Assembly: GCF_020745735.1 (NCBI RefSeq)
Contig: NC_083450.1
Coordinates: forward strand, 4,605,479-4,669,478
Direction: 5' to 3'
DNA length: 64,000 nt
From: Hemiscyllium ocellatum
Taxonomy: Eukaryota
Both the position numbers and the translations under genes were made by a program. This document shows, one piece after another, positions 33,046 through 45,029 of this stretch. A model generated the notes under the pieces. That model did not search any database, was not told where the DNA came from, and saw only the letters and a list, made by a program, of their open reading frames with translations. Position 1 is the stretch's first letter; each line of letters begins with the position of its first letter.

Positions 33046-35030
33046 GTTCAGGTTGTAAGTTTGCTCGCTGAGCTGGCAGGTTTGTTTTTAGACGTTTCAT
33101 TACCTGCTGGGTAACATCATTAGTGAGCCTCTGGTGTTCTGTCCTGCTTTCTATTTATATGTCTTGGTCTCTTAAGGTGGGTGATATTATTTCCAATTCT
33201 TTTTCTCAAAGATTGGTAAATGGGATCAATGTGGTTATTGATGGAATTCTGGTTTGAATGCCATGCCTCTAGGAATTACCGAGCTTGTCTCTGTTTAGCC
33301 TGTCCCAGGATGGGTGTTGTCCCAGTCGAGTGGTGTCCTTCATCTTTCTGTATGAAAGGATACTAGGGAAAGTGGCTCATGCCTTTTGGTGGCTACTTGA
33401 TGATCGCGTATCCTGGTGGCTAGATTTTTGCCTGTCTGTCCGATGCAGTTTCTTGCAGTCCTTGCATTCTATTTTGTAAATGACATTCGTTTTGCTGTTT
33501 GTTCGTATATTGTCCTTTAGGTTCATCAGTAGCTGTTTCAGTGTGTAGATTGGTTTGTGGGCTGCCATGATACCAAGGGTTCGTAGTAGTGTGGTAGTCA
33601 TCTCCAAGATGCCTTTGATGCATGGTAGTGCGGCTCGAGTTTCTGAGTGTGTTGTGTCTACTTATTTCAGCTTGTTGTTTAAGAGTTGGCGACTGTGTTT
33701 GTCAGGTACCTGTACTTCTTCAATACATGCATAGGTATTTTTCTTCTGCTGCTCGTATTTCCTGGGTGCTGCAGTGTGTTGTGATTCGTTTAAATAATAT
33801 CTGGATGCAGCTCCATTTGTGGGTGTTGCAATTATTGCATCTGTAGTTAAGTATCTGGTCTGTGTCTGTTGGTTTCCTGTAGACGCTGGTCTGCAATTCT
33901 CCAGTAACTGTCCGTTCCACTGTGACATCTAGGAAGGGGAGTCTATTGTTGTTCTCCTCCTCTTTTGTGAAATTTATACCAGTAAAAATATTGTTGATGA
34001 TTTTATGGGTTTCCTCTGATTTGTTCCGTTTTGTGATGACAAAGGTGTCATCCCAGTAGTGGACCCAAAGTTTGGGTTGGATCGTGGATCGTTTGTTCAA
34101 GTCTCTGCATTACTGCTTCTGCTCAGAAGCCTGATCCCATGGGTGTTCCGTTGATTCGTTTGTAGGTCTTGTCATTAAAGGTGAAGTGGGTAGAAAGCCA
34201 CAGCTTTACGAGCTTGATGATGCTTTTCTTGCTGATGAAGTTGGTGCTGGCTGGTGGTTGTGTCCTTCTAGTAGCGTGGTCAGTGTGTCATTGGCCAGAC
34301 TGATTTTAATTGATATGAATAGGGCTGTTCCATCAAGGAAGAGCATTATTTCGTCCTCTTCTATCTTATGTTTTTGATTAGCTCAGGAATTCTTGGGAAA
34401 AGTGGATGGAGTGACATGAGTCTTCCACTAGGTATTTCAGTTTCTGGTGGCGTTCCTTTGCTAGTCCGTATGCTCAGACCCATACTCTCACTCCCTGGCA
34501 CACCGACAGAGGGATGAGCAAAGGAATTCCACTGAAAACTGAAATATAAAATATCATGCAAAATTTGTAACAAACACTACATCGAACAGACAGGGAGAAA
34601 ACAAGCTACCAGATTACATTAACGCCAACTAGCCACCAAAAGACATGACCCACTATCGCTAGTGTCCTTACATACAGATGAAGAAGAACACCACTTCGAT
34701 TGGTACAACACATCCATCCTTGGATAGGCTAAACAGAGACATGCAAGGGAACTCTTACAGACCTGGCATTCAAACCAGAACTTCATCCATATACACATTG
34801 ATTTCGACCCCATTTACCAACCTCTGAGAAAAAGAACCGGAAATGATATCAAAAACCTGAAGAGCCCAAGACACATAAATAGAAAGTAGGACAGAACACC
34901 GGTACTTCGCGAAAGGCTCACCGATGTTGTTGCCAGGCATATTGGCGAAACGTCTGCAAGTTAACCTGCCAGCTCAGCGAGCAAACTTACAACCTGAACC
35001 TCAACTTGATGTACAAACCTTCTCAAAAAT
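33046..35030 (-). mobile_element. Penelope-like retroelement fragment (RT C-terminus + GIY-YIG) with inverted terminal copy
   Basis: Minus frames LWVHYWDDTFVI...RLPFLDVTVER...VYRKPTDTDQILNY and TNVIYKIECKDCKK; 33046-33130 is an inverted repeat of 34915-34999. Confidence 0.88.
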
Positions 35031-35439
35031 TGCAAGTGTTATGTTTTCTGACCCACTGAGTCATTGTGATTAGGAACTTCGGAAAGTGGAAGCAGATTGA
35101 AAAGAAACTTTCAACAAGTGAGTAGGGTCAATGGCACGGTTTGGGGAGGATGAGTGATAGGGAAGTGTGGAGTGTGGGATAACCGAATCGCTCCTTCATT
35201 CACAGAATAGCAGCATAACAATATGTCTCTTTTCTGTGTTTTCATGTTCAAAACTTTAGATTCCCCCGGGCACCATTTAGCTGAGGCCACCCACTAAGTT
35301 CTGTGAACTGCCAAGGATTAATCGCTGGTTGTTGGCTGACATGGGCCTGAGAAAAGTTCGCTGGCAATAGAGTAACTTGCTAACATATTTAAAAAGATTT
35401 TCCAAATCAAAAGCTACAAGCTTCATTCTAAGCACATGG

Positions 35440-36360
35440 AATCGCATGCACACACTGCACATCGACATATACACACATACGTAGACAGAAACACATTGCC
35501 TTTTTTTACACACTTAACTATTCCTTTCTCTTGCATGCACAATTTCTCTCTTTTACACACACCCTCGCTTATGACGTGGAAAAGCCGGTGTTGGATTGCG
35601 GTGGACTAAGTCAGAAGTGACATGGCACCAGTTTATAGTCCAACCGGTTTACTTGAAATCACAAGCTTTCAGAGCACTACTCCTTTTACATGTCAGGTGC
35701 TCCTTCACCAGACGAAGGAGCAGCGCTCCAAAAGCTTGTGATTCCTAACAAATCTATTAGAATATAACCTGGCTTCCTGTGACTTCTGACACGTTTTCTC
35801 ACCTGCACACACATCCACTCCTTCCCTCTCAAGCACAGATTCACATACACTCGCGTGTTCTCTCTCTCTTACATTCAATCTCTTTAATTCCTTCTTCTCA
35901 TGCACATACACCCTCCTGCTCATACACGCACACTTTCTTACACATACCTGCACTCCTCTCTCACGTGCACACACTTACTTTTTTCACACAGTCGCACATT
36001 TTATCTCTTGCATACTTTCTCTAACTCTCCCTCTGTTTCCCACACACTAACTCTCTCACACTCATACTTTCTCCTTGTCACACCCTCACACTTGGATACC
36101 CATACATTTTCTATATGTTACACATTCCCTCTAACTCACACTGACATGTACAGTCTCTAATTATCTCTCACACATACCCTCTGTCTCTCACACATACTTA
36201 TAATTTTTCACACTCTCCTCTCCTTCACGTGTTCTACACGAAGATGCTTTCTCTCTCTTATACACAGTCTCTCTAACTCACTGTCTCATATACTCAGCCA
36301 CATTTTCTCGCTTTTACACACACGCTTGTAATAACTTCACCACCCTCACATTTTAAGTCA
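35440..36360. repeat. CA/CT-rich low-complexity tract, homologous to 60100-61330
   Basis: Composition; the preceding 35170-35450 aligns with 59760-60100. Confidence 0.8.
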
Positions 36361-36361
36361 C

Positions 36362-37270
36362 AATAGACAATATACAATAGGTGCAGGAGTAGGCCATTCA
36401 ACCCTTCGAGTCTGCACTGCCATTCAATATGGTCATGGCTGATCATTCCTAATCAGTATCCGCTTCCTGCCTTATCTCCATAACCCTTGATTCCACTATC
36501 TTTAAGAGCTCTATCCAACTCTTTCTTAAATGAATCCAGAGACTGGGCCTCCACTGCCCTCTGGGGCAGAGCATTCCACACAGCCACCACTCTCTGGGTG
36601 CAGAAGTTTCTCCTCATCTCTGTCCTAAATGGTCTACCCCGTATTTTTAAGCTGTGTTCTCTGGTTCAGCACTCACCCATCAGCGGAAACATGTTTCCTG
36701 CTGCCAGAGTGTCCAATCCTTTCATAATCTTATATGTCTCAATCAGATCCCCTCTCAGTCTTATAAACTCAAGGGTATACAAGCCCAGTCGCTTCAGTCT
36801 TTCAGTGTAAGGTAATCCCTCCATTCCAGGAATTGACCTCGTGAACCTACGCTGCACTCCCTCAATAGCCAGAATGTCTTTCCTCAAATTTGGCGACCAG
36901 AACTGCACACAGTACTCCAGGTGTGATCTCACCAGGGCCCTGTACAGCTGCAGATGCATCTCTTTGCTTCTATACTCAATCCCTCTTGTTATGAAGGCCA
37001 GCATGCTATTAGCCTTCTTCACGACCTGCTGTACCTGCAAGCTTGCCTTCATTGACTGGTGTACAAGAACACCCAGATCTCTCTGTACTGCCCCTTTACC
37101 TAAATTAATTCCATTGAGGTAGTAATCTGCCTTCCTGTTCTTGCCACCAAAGAGGATAACCATACATTTATCCACATTAAACTGCATCTGCCCACTCACC
37201 TAACTTGTCCAGGTCACCCTGTAATCTCCTAACATCCTCATCACATTTCACCCTGTCACCCAGCTTAGTA
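36362..37270 (-). mobile_element. CR1/L2-type LINE 3' fragment (RT C-terminus + 3' tail)
   Basis: Minus ORF QMQFNVDKC...QRDLGVLVHQS...LYRALVRSHLEYCVQFWSP...RLRGDLIETYKI; tail caatagacaata. Confidence 0.92.
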
Positions 37271-37689
37271 TCATGAGCAAATTTGCTAATGTTATTGCTG
37301 ATACCATCTTCTTTATCACACAAATTATCATGTTCCATCACAGACTTTCACTTTTTCACACACTCTCGCACATACATATTCAGAATCCAGCACAAGAGGG
37401 AAAATCTCTCGGGATACCGCATAGACCATTTGTGACTGAGATGAGGAGAAATTTCTTCACTCGGGGGATGGTGAAAACATGGAATTCTCCACCACAGAAT
37501 GCTGTGGTGGCAAAAGCATTGAATATATCCAAGGAAGTAGTTTTCAGGAGGCGAAAGCTGTTGAAGGATGTGGAGGAGAACTGAATAATGGTATTGAGAT
37601 TCAGCTGAAGACATGATTATATTGAATGGCGGAACAGACTTAATGGGTGAATGAGTCTCATACTATTGCTTTGTTTGTATTTATTGCAG

Positions 37690-37722
<33 letters not shown>

Positions 37723-37734
37723 CACACACACCTT

Positions 37735-38750
37735 CATTACTGATCGAAGGTGGGGACCAAATTTGAACATAGTTAAAGTCGCCACATTACCAAGAGGGTG
37801 TGGACGCTTTGGAGAGGGTGCAGAGAAGGTTTATAATGTATGGAATGTGCTAGCTATGAAGAGAGTTTGAGTAGGTTAAGATTGTTTTCATCAGAAAAAA
37901 GAGATTGTGGGGGAACCTGACTGAGTCTACAAAATCATGAAAGATATAGACGAGATAGATAGAGACAAGCTTTTTCCCAAGGTGATGGATTCAATAACGA
38001 GAGGTCACACTTTCAAACAGAGATGTGAAAAGTCTAAGGTGGATGCATGCAAATGGTGGTAGGGGCCTGAAATACGTTGGCAGCAGAGGTTGTAGAGGCA
38101 GGCAAGGTAGATTCGTTTGAGATGCGTCTGGACAGTTGCATGAGTAGGTGGGGAGCAGAGGGATACAGATGCTTAGAAATTGGGTGACAGGTTTAGACGT
38201 GGATTTGGATCAGTTCAGCCTTGGAGAGCCAAAAGGCCTGTCCTTAGGCTGTAAATTTTCTTTCTTCTTTGTTCTTTGCTCATTCTACAATTACATGAGC
38301 ATAATAATCGTGGGGCTGAATGATTAATAAGAGAACCCCACTGGTAAGGTGCGAGACTTGTTCTATGAGCAGCTAAAACCTGTACTCACTACTATTTAGG
38401 AGAATGAAAGGAGAGCTAATTGAGGGTGCTGAATCAGGTTGATAAAGTAGACGTGACTCATGTGGGGCTATCTAGTCGGAGAGGTCATGATTTTATGGTA
38501 AGAGCTAGTCGATGTACAACAGAGATGGGGAGGACAGATTTCTCTCAATGGATTGTGAATCTGTGGAGTGTGATGGCTGCCAGGCCACTGAGTAACTTTG
38601 AGGTGAAGATAGATTTTAATATAAGAATGGGTTAGCGGGACAATGGGGACTGGGCAAGAAAGTGATGTTGAGGCTGAAATGAGGTCAGCCATGATGGCAT
38701 TGTAAGGTGGAACAGACTGGAAGGGCTGAATTCCTCCACTTCTATACCTT
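37735..38750 (+). mobile_element. Two degenerate CR1-type LINE 3' fragments
   Basis: ggtgtggacgctttggagagggtgcagagaagg...gagaggtcacactttcaaa; aggagaatgaaaggagagctaattgagg... Confidence 0.65.
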
Positions 38751-38799
38751 ACGTTTCTGTCTCCCTGCAGAGACTGGGCACCCTTGAAAAGTCTGGGTG

Positions 38800-39145
38800 T
38801 CCATAAGCAGAACAGAATCAGAGATTCGATTCAGAATGTTTGATCTAATCAGTTCTCCAGCTATTTCCTGGTCCGAGTTTGAAAGAAAGTAGAGTTAATA
38901 CAGAAATGATCTCAATGTTATTATTTTCTCTCGATGGATTTGAAGTCCAGGCTAAGCATTTACTGGAGGTGAGCAGCATCAGCATCCCTGCCACATGGTG
39001 GCATGGTGACTGATGTATATCCATAATACAACCACTAATTGGCTCTGTGACTGAGATCTATTCTCATCCCTGCCGCTGAGTGATGTTATAGCTCATGCAT
39101 CTATTGTACACCCGAACACTCAACCTTGCCACTAGGTGGCGATGA
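38800..39145 (+). promoter_or_regulatory. Cassette boundary element B with CTCF motifs
   Basis: CCACATGGTGGCAT (38991) and near-canonical CCACTAGGTGGCGA (39129); the 5' part aligns with 63790-63940. Confidence 0.65.
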
Positions 39146-39149
39146 ATTG

Positions 39150-39850
39150 TTTGAATGATTTATTGTCACAGTTTTTTAAAAATTTGATTTATTATTGTCA
39201 CATGCAGCTAGGTGCAGTGAAACGTTTCTGTTTTGCGAGCTGGAGAGGCAGATTATATGTTGCAAAATACAGCAAAGGATAACAAAGCAGAGTGAAGAAT
39301 ATAATATTATGGCTGCAGAGAAGGCACACAAAAAAAAACGAGACTAACATGGAAAGTACAAATTGTGAGGTCCAGTCAGAAACCTAATGAAAGCGGAGCA
39401 GAAACCTTTCCTGAAACTATTCGTGTGTGTATTTAAACTTTCGTATCTTCTGCCTGACAGAGGAGGTTGGAAGAGATTACAACAGAGGTGGGAGGAGTTT
39501 TTGATTATATTGGCTGCCTTCCCGAGGCATTGAGAAGTCTGGATGGAGTCGATAGATTAAAGGTTGGTTTGCATGATGGGCAGGGCTGTGTTTGAAATTC
39601 TCTGTAATTACTTCTGGTCCTCAGCAGAACAGTTGCCCTGGTGCATTTGGATAGAATGCATTGCCCGGTGCTTCTGCAAATATTGTGAAGAACGATTATG
39701 GGCATGCCAAATTTTCTTAGCCTCCTGAGGAAGTAGAGGTGTTCTTGGGTTTGCTTGACTGTGACGTCAACATGAGTGGACGAGGGCAGATTGTTGGTGA
39801 CCACCATTCCTCAGAACTTGACGCTCTGAACGATCGCCAAATCAGCATCA
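39150..39850 (-). mobile_element. Rex1/Babar-like LINE RT 3' fragment interrupting the CTCF array
   Basis: Minus frame HVDVTVKQTQEHLYFLRRLRKFGM, similar to the KKAQQRLYFLRRLRKF motif of Rex1/Babar elements. Confidence 0.65.
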
Positions 39851-40389
39851 CTAACGTGGAAGGATAAGTGAAAAGTGTTTCATCACCACATTCTAGCATC
39901 AATCGGAGTTACAAAACGGATAAAAATAAGTTACATGAACAGAGTTCATCCTCTCTACAAAGGGTGTTCAAACACAGCTCCAGAGCTTCTGAAAGGTTTT
40001 CGCAAAATTCTCTGGGCCTCGGGGACACCCCGTTCCAGACACACAGATGATATCATGAAGAGTTCAGCTTAAAACAGACCAAAGCCAATTGTATCCGCAC
40101 TGGGCATTGCCTCCACCACTGTGACCAAGTGTCCCTGCACCAGACACCATCATCACCACAGCTGATGACTGCTGAGCACTGCCTTAATCGATTACCTGCC
40201 TTGTCTAGTGTTTGCAGCTCAGACAGGGATCTAAATCCCAACTCCACAGTCCTTGCATGTCCACAATTTATCCCTGTTAACACAATATGAGCGATACATA
40301 TTCTCGGGACAATGATCTTTGGCACTCTAACTGATATACATCTGATGCAGCATGATGCTGTAAGTAATACTGTATTCCTGTACATTAGA

Positions 40390-40600
40390 GCGACTCAGTC
40401 ATCGCTGCCGTTAGGTGGCGATGTGTGATGTTTTTAAAAATATATAAGCACTGATTCGCGCCGCGTTTTACACAGTAACTTATATTTATCCAGATTACTG
40501 TTGCTGTAGCTATAACCGCTATATACCTCCATCAAAACGCTGGGTGCTCTACTGACTTATATATATCCTCATCCCAACAACTAGGCGGCGCTATGAATGA
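40390..40600 (+). promoter_or_regulatory. CTCF-motif array, continuation of element B
   Basis: CCGTTAGGTGGCGA (40408), CAACTAGGCGGCGC (40578), with unit context tatatcctcatccc. Confidence 0.6.
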
Positions 40601-40606
40601 CGTACA

Positions 40607-41720
40607 TAGAACATTACAGCGCATTAGAGGCCCTCCAGCCCTCAACATTGCACTGACCTGTGAAGCCAATCCGAAGACCATCTAACTATTTTCGTCCAAA
40701 TGTTTATCAAATGACCATTTAAATGCCCTTAAAGTTGACGAGTCTACAACTGTTGCAGGAAGTGCGTTCCACACCCTTACTACTCTCTGAGTAAAGAAAC
40801 TACGTCTGATATCTGTCCTACATCTGTCACCCTCAATTTAAAGCTGTGTCCCCTCATGTCTAACCTCTCTAACCTTCTGATTATCTTATATGGCTCAGTT
40901 AAATCACCTTGCAACCTTCCTCTCTCTAACGGAAATAGCCTCAAGTCCCTCAGCCTTTCCTCAGAAGACCTTCCTTCCATACAGGCAATATCCGAGTAAA
41001 TCTCCTCTGAACCCTTTCCAATGTTTCGCATCCGTCCTATAATGTGGTGACCAGAACTGTATGCGATATTCCAAGTGTGACCGCACCAAAGGTTTATACA
41101 GCTGCAGCATGACTTCATGGTTCTGAAACTCAATCCCTCTACTAATAAAAGGTAACACATAATATGCCTTCATACCAGCCCTATTACCCTGGGTGGTAGC
41201 TTTCAGGTATCTATGTACATGGACACCGAGATCTCTCTGCTCATCTACACTGCCAAGAATCTTACCACTAGCCTAGCACTCTGCATTCCTGTTACTCCTT
41301 CCAAAGTCAATCACCTCAAACTTTTCCGCATTAAATTCCATGTGCCGCCTCTCAGTCCAGCTCTGCAACTTATTAATGTCCCCCTAGAACCTACAACATC
41401 CTTTGGCACTCTCCACAATTCCACTGACCTGTGTCATCCACAAATTTACTAACCCAACCTTTTACGTCCTCATCCAGCTTGTTTATAAAGATGACAAACA
41501 ACAGTGGGCCCAAACAGATCCTTGCGGTACACCACAAGTAACTAAACTCCAGGATGAACATTCCCCATCAACCACCACCCTCTATCTTCTTTCAGCTAGC
41601 CAATTTCTGATCCAAACCATTAAATTGCCCTCAATCCCATGCTTCCTTATTTTGTGCAGTAGCCTACTGTGGGGAACCTTATCAAACGCCTTACTGAAAC
41701 CTATAAACATCACATCAACC
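40607..41720 (-). mobile_element. CR1-type LINE RT 3' fragment
   Basis: Minus frames FISRGIEFQNHEVMLQLYKPLVRSHLEYRIQFWSPHY; plus strand cagtgggcccaaacagatccttgcggtacaccac. Confidence 0.88.
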
Positions 41721-42027
41721 GCTTCATGTTGCTGTGACTGACGATTTCTCCCCCCACACTCATCACTTTCCTTTCACGTTCCCCTAAGTCAGCTCTTCCA
41801 TGCCTGTGTAACCTTAAATTATAATCATTGCAACTTTTCTTCCATATCCAGCTAGTTCAAAAACAATACAAAAGAGTGAATCTGGAATTTTGTCTCTAAG
41901 GCAAAGAGGGATCATCAACTGCAGTTGCACAAATTACGTCAACAATTTTGATAAAGACATCAATTTCTCCTACACTGAGCAATTATTGGTTTGTGTGGTG
42001 GAAAATCTCTGTGCTCCCATGCACTAC

Positions 42028-42140
42028 GGAGGCAAGGTGGCTCGGTGCTTAGCACTGCTGCCTCACAGCACCAGGGACTTGGGTTCAATTTCTGCATTGC
42101 GTGTCTGTGTGGAGTTTGCATACTCTCCCCGTGTCTTTGT

Positions 42141-42171
<31 letters not shown>

Positions 42172-42350
42172 ACAGTCCAAAAATGTACAGGTCAGGTGAA
42201 TTGGCATTGCTAAATTGCCCATGTTGTTAGGTGCATTAGTCAGGTGTGAATGCAGGGTTGGCAGATGGGTATGGCTGGGTTACTATTGGGAGGGTCAGTG
42301 TGGACTTACTGGGTGGATGGGCCTGTTTCCATAATGTAGGGAACCTAACT
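42028..42350 (+). mobile_element. Shark tRNA-derived SINE (diverged)
   Basis: ggtggctcggtgcttagcactgctgcctcacagc...gggttcaatt... Confidence 0.85.
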
Positions 42351-42439
42351 GAAATAATGCACTTCTTTCCCAGATTCATTCCTTTTGAATTACCAAGGAA
42401 ATTGTTTGCATCCTGTCACTCCTTATTGCTGCTCTCTGG

Positions 42440-42540
42440 TACCACTAGGTGGCACTTTGATACGCACTTGCCCACGACCGTTCAGAGCAGCTTGGCTCTG
42501 ACACTTGCAGCTGCGACCGTCTGCCATTAGGTGGAGCTCC
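42440..42540 (+). promoter_or_regulatory. Pair of CTCF motifs
   Basis: CCACTAGGTGGCAC (42442) and CCATTAGGTGGAGC (42524), same orientation as the other sites. Confidence 0.6.
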
Positions 42541-42614
42541 TAGGTCACCAGAACGTGCAGATTACCAGAGTTTTCCAAACTGCAGCTCGGATCTCTGTTC
42601 TGCTGCAACAATAT

Positions 42615-43460
42615 TGGCACTAAACTTCAGTCTGTTTCTCTCCCTCTCGCTATCACTCACGCTACCGCCTCATTATTTTTCTCCCTCTCCTTCTCCAGCT
42701 CTTTCTCTGCCTCTTATCATCCCTCCCGCTGGAACGTCTCTTTCATGGACCTTCTGTCACACCCTTCCCTTGCTCCCTGACGATCTCTCTTTCTCTGTCC
42801 CCCCCCCTTCACTTCAATCCTCCTCTCACTCCTGTGCTCTCTCACTCTCACTCACATCTCGCTCTCTCACTTGCTCTCTCTCTGTCTTCCCTCCCTACTT
42901 TACTGTCTCTTTCCCTCGCCTCTCTCTTCACCCCGTTCCTCTCTTTATCTCTGTCTCACCCCTACCACAATACACACTCTCTTACTGTCCCTCACTCTCT
43001 TCCCTCTCTTCCTCTCCTTCTCCCTCCATCCCTCTGTACCTCTCCTTCAGCCCCCTTTTTCCACACTCCTAGCTCTTCTCACTCACTCACTGTCGCTGTC
43101 TCTCTCTCTCTGACATCCCTCCATCCCAATCTCTTAGAATCTCTTCTTCCTCTCACTCTCTGTCTCTCTTTCTTTCACCTTCTCTCTTACACTGTCTCCC
43201 AAACATATCCTCTCGCTCGTCCTTTCTCTCACCTTCTTTGTTTCTAACTGTGTCAGTCTCACACATGCTCTCCTCACTACCTCTCTCTCCCCATCTCTTG
43301 TTTTCTAGCTGCCTCACTCTCCCCTCTCCTGGCCACTCCTTCCCCACCCCCATTCCCCATAGTGTTATTCTCTCTCACACAGTCTCTCTCTCTCTTCTCT
43401 CTCCCTCAGCCTCCACGACCTTACTGTCGAACCCTCCCTCTCTTCTGCTTGACCACGCCT
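42615..43460. repeat. CT-rich (polypyrimidine) low-complexity tract
   Basis: Composition; ORFs here are Ser/Leu/Pro artefacts. Confidence 0.85.
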
Positions 43461-43899
43461 CCCTGACTGCGCCTCCCTGACATTCCATTGCCCGATGCCG
43501 CCTTCTTAACCTCTTTCTTCGGCACGCATTGAAACTGAGGCATATTGTGCTTAGCCTCGCCATCAGACTCAAGTCGCTGCCCTCATGGTGTGAGTTCTAG
43601 AATTGCAGCTGGCAGGACCATGTGGTACTGGGAAAGTGAAACACTGTCAGGCTGGCCCCGAGAATGAAGTTGAAACCTGGGCACTGTATTATCAATGCGG
43701 CGAGTTGCTGTAGTCTGGGATGCACTGTCTGAAAGGAAGCAGACACAACAGCAAGTTTCAAAAATGTAGGGAGGGGGGCGCACCCACAGACATACTGGAA
43801 GGAGGAACATTTGCAGGAGGCGTGCATGAAAAATTATGGGACTAATTTGAGAGATTGTGGTAAGAGCCTGACGAAGGAGCAGCGCTATGAAAGCTTGTA

Positions 43900-44995
43900 A
43901 TTTTAAACAAACCTGTTAGATTATAGCCTGGTATCATATGACTTCTGAACTCATCTCATCCGTGCCGGTCATGAATGTGTAATTCTCTATAAGGTCACCC
44001 CTCAACCTCCAGCGCTCCAGGATGAATAAAATACCCAGCCTATTTAGCTTCTTCCTAAATCTCAAACCCAACAAATCCCAGCAACATCTTTGTCAATGTT
44101 TTATGAACCTTTCAAGTTGAACAACACCTTTCCTGTGGCAGGGAGCAAAATTGGGCGCAGTATTCGAAAAATGACTCAACCAATGCCCTGGACAGTCGCA
44201 ACATGACCTCACAATTGCTATACTTAGTGCACTGACCAATGAAGGTGTAAGCCAAGCATCTTCTTCAACCTTCCTAAACATGACTCCACTTTTATCTTAG
44301 CCTGCTGGACACACTTTCCTCATTCCTGATGAAGGGCTTGTGCCCGAAGCGTCGAATTTCCTGTTCCTTGGATGCTGCCTGACCTGCTGCGCTTTAGCCA
44401 GCAACACATTTTCAGCTCTGATCTCCAGCATCTGCAGACCTCACTTTTTACTCCACTTTCAGGGAACTCTGCACCTCTAGATTTTTCTGTTCTGGCAACA
44501 CAACCCAGGGCCCGGCCATTAATTCTATAATTTCACGAGGTCAATTCCTGGAATGGTGAGACTATCTTACGCTGAAATATTGGAACGACTGGGCTTGTAT
44601 ACGCTTGAGTTTAGAAGGCTGAGAGGGGATCTGATTGAGATGTATAAGATCATGAAAGGAATGGACACTCTGAAGGCAGGAAGCATGTTTCCACTGATGG
44701 GTGAGTCCCGAACTAGAGGACACAGTTTAAACATAAGGGGTAGGCCACTTAAAACAGAGTTGAGGAGAAACTTCTTCACCCAGAGAGTGGTGGGTGTATG
44801 GAATGCTCTGCCCCAGAAGGCAGTGGAGGCCAAGTCTCTGGATACTTGCAAGAAAGAATTGGATAGAGCTCTTAAGGATAGTGGAATCAAGGGTTATGGG
44901 GATAAGGCAGGAACAGGATACTGATTGAAGATGATCAGCCATAATGAATGGGGTGCTGGTTCGAAGGGCAGAATGGCCTAGTCCTGCACTTCTTG
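43900..44995. mobile_element. LINE cluster: minus CR1 fragment (~43900-44280), Penelope half-hairpin (44320-44452), plus CR1 3' end (44553-44995)
   Basis: Plus ORF LERLGLYTLEFRRLRGDLIEMYKI...FFTQRVVGVWNALP...GIKGYG; Penelope arm cctgatgaagggc...gatctccagcatctgcag. Confidence 0.8.
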
Positions 44996-45029
44996 TATAT
45001 TGTCTATAAGGCCTGTTCTGAGATTCCCT

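Noticed and set aside
40053-40385. Minus ORF with VISCGDDGVWC, resembling a viral RdRp GDD motif (possible endogenous virus)
   Set aside because: No convincing upstream polymerase motifs A/B. The adjacent bases read better as one frameshifted C2H2 zinc-finger remnant (DKLWTCKDCG..GFRSLSELQT), so the GDD is probably chance.
42614-43480. Several 65-150 aa ORFs rich in Ser/Leu/Pro
   Set aside because: Translation artefacts of a CT-rich tract; the same applies to ORFs in the G/A, TG and CA tracts.
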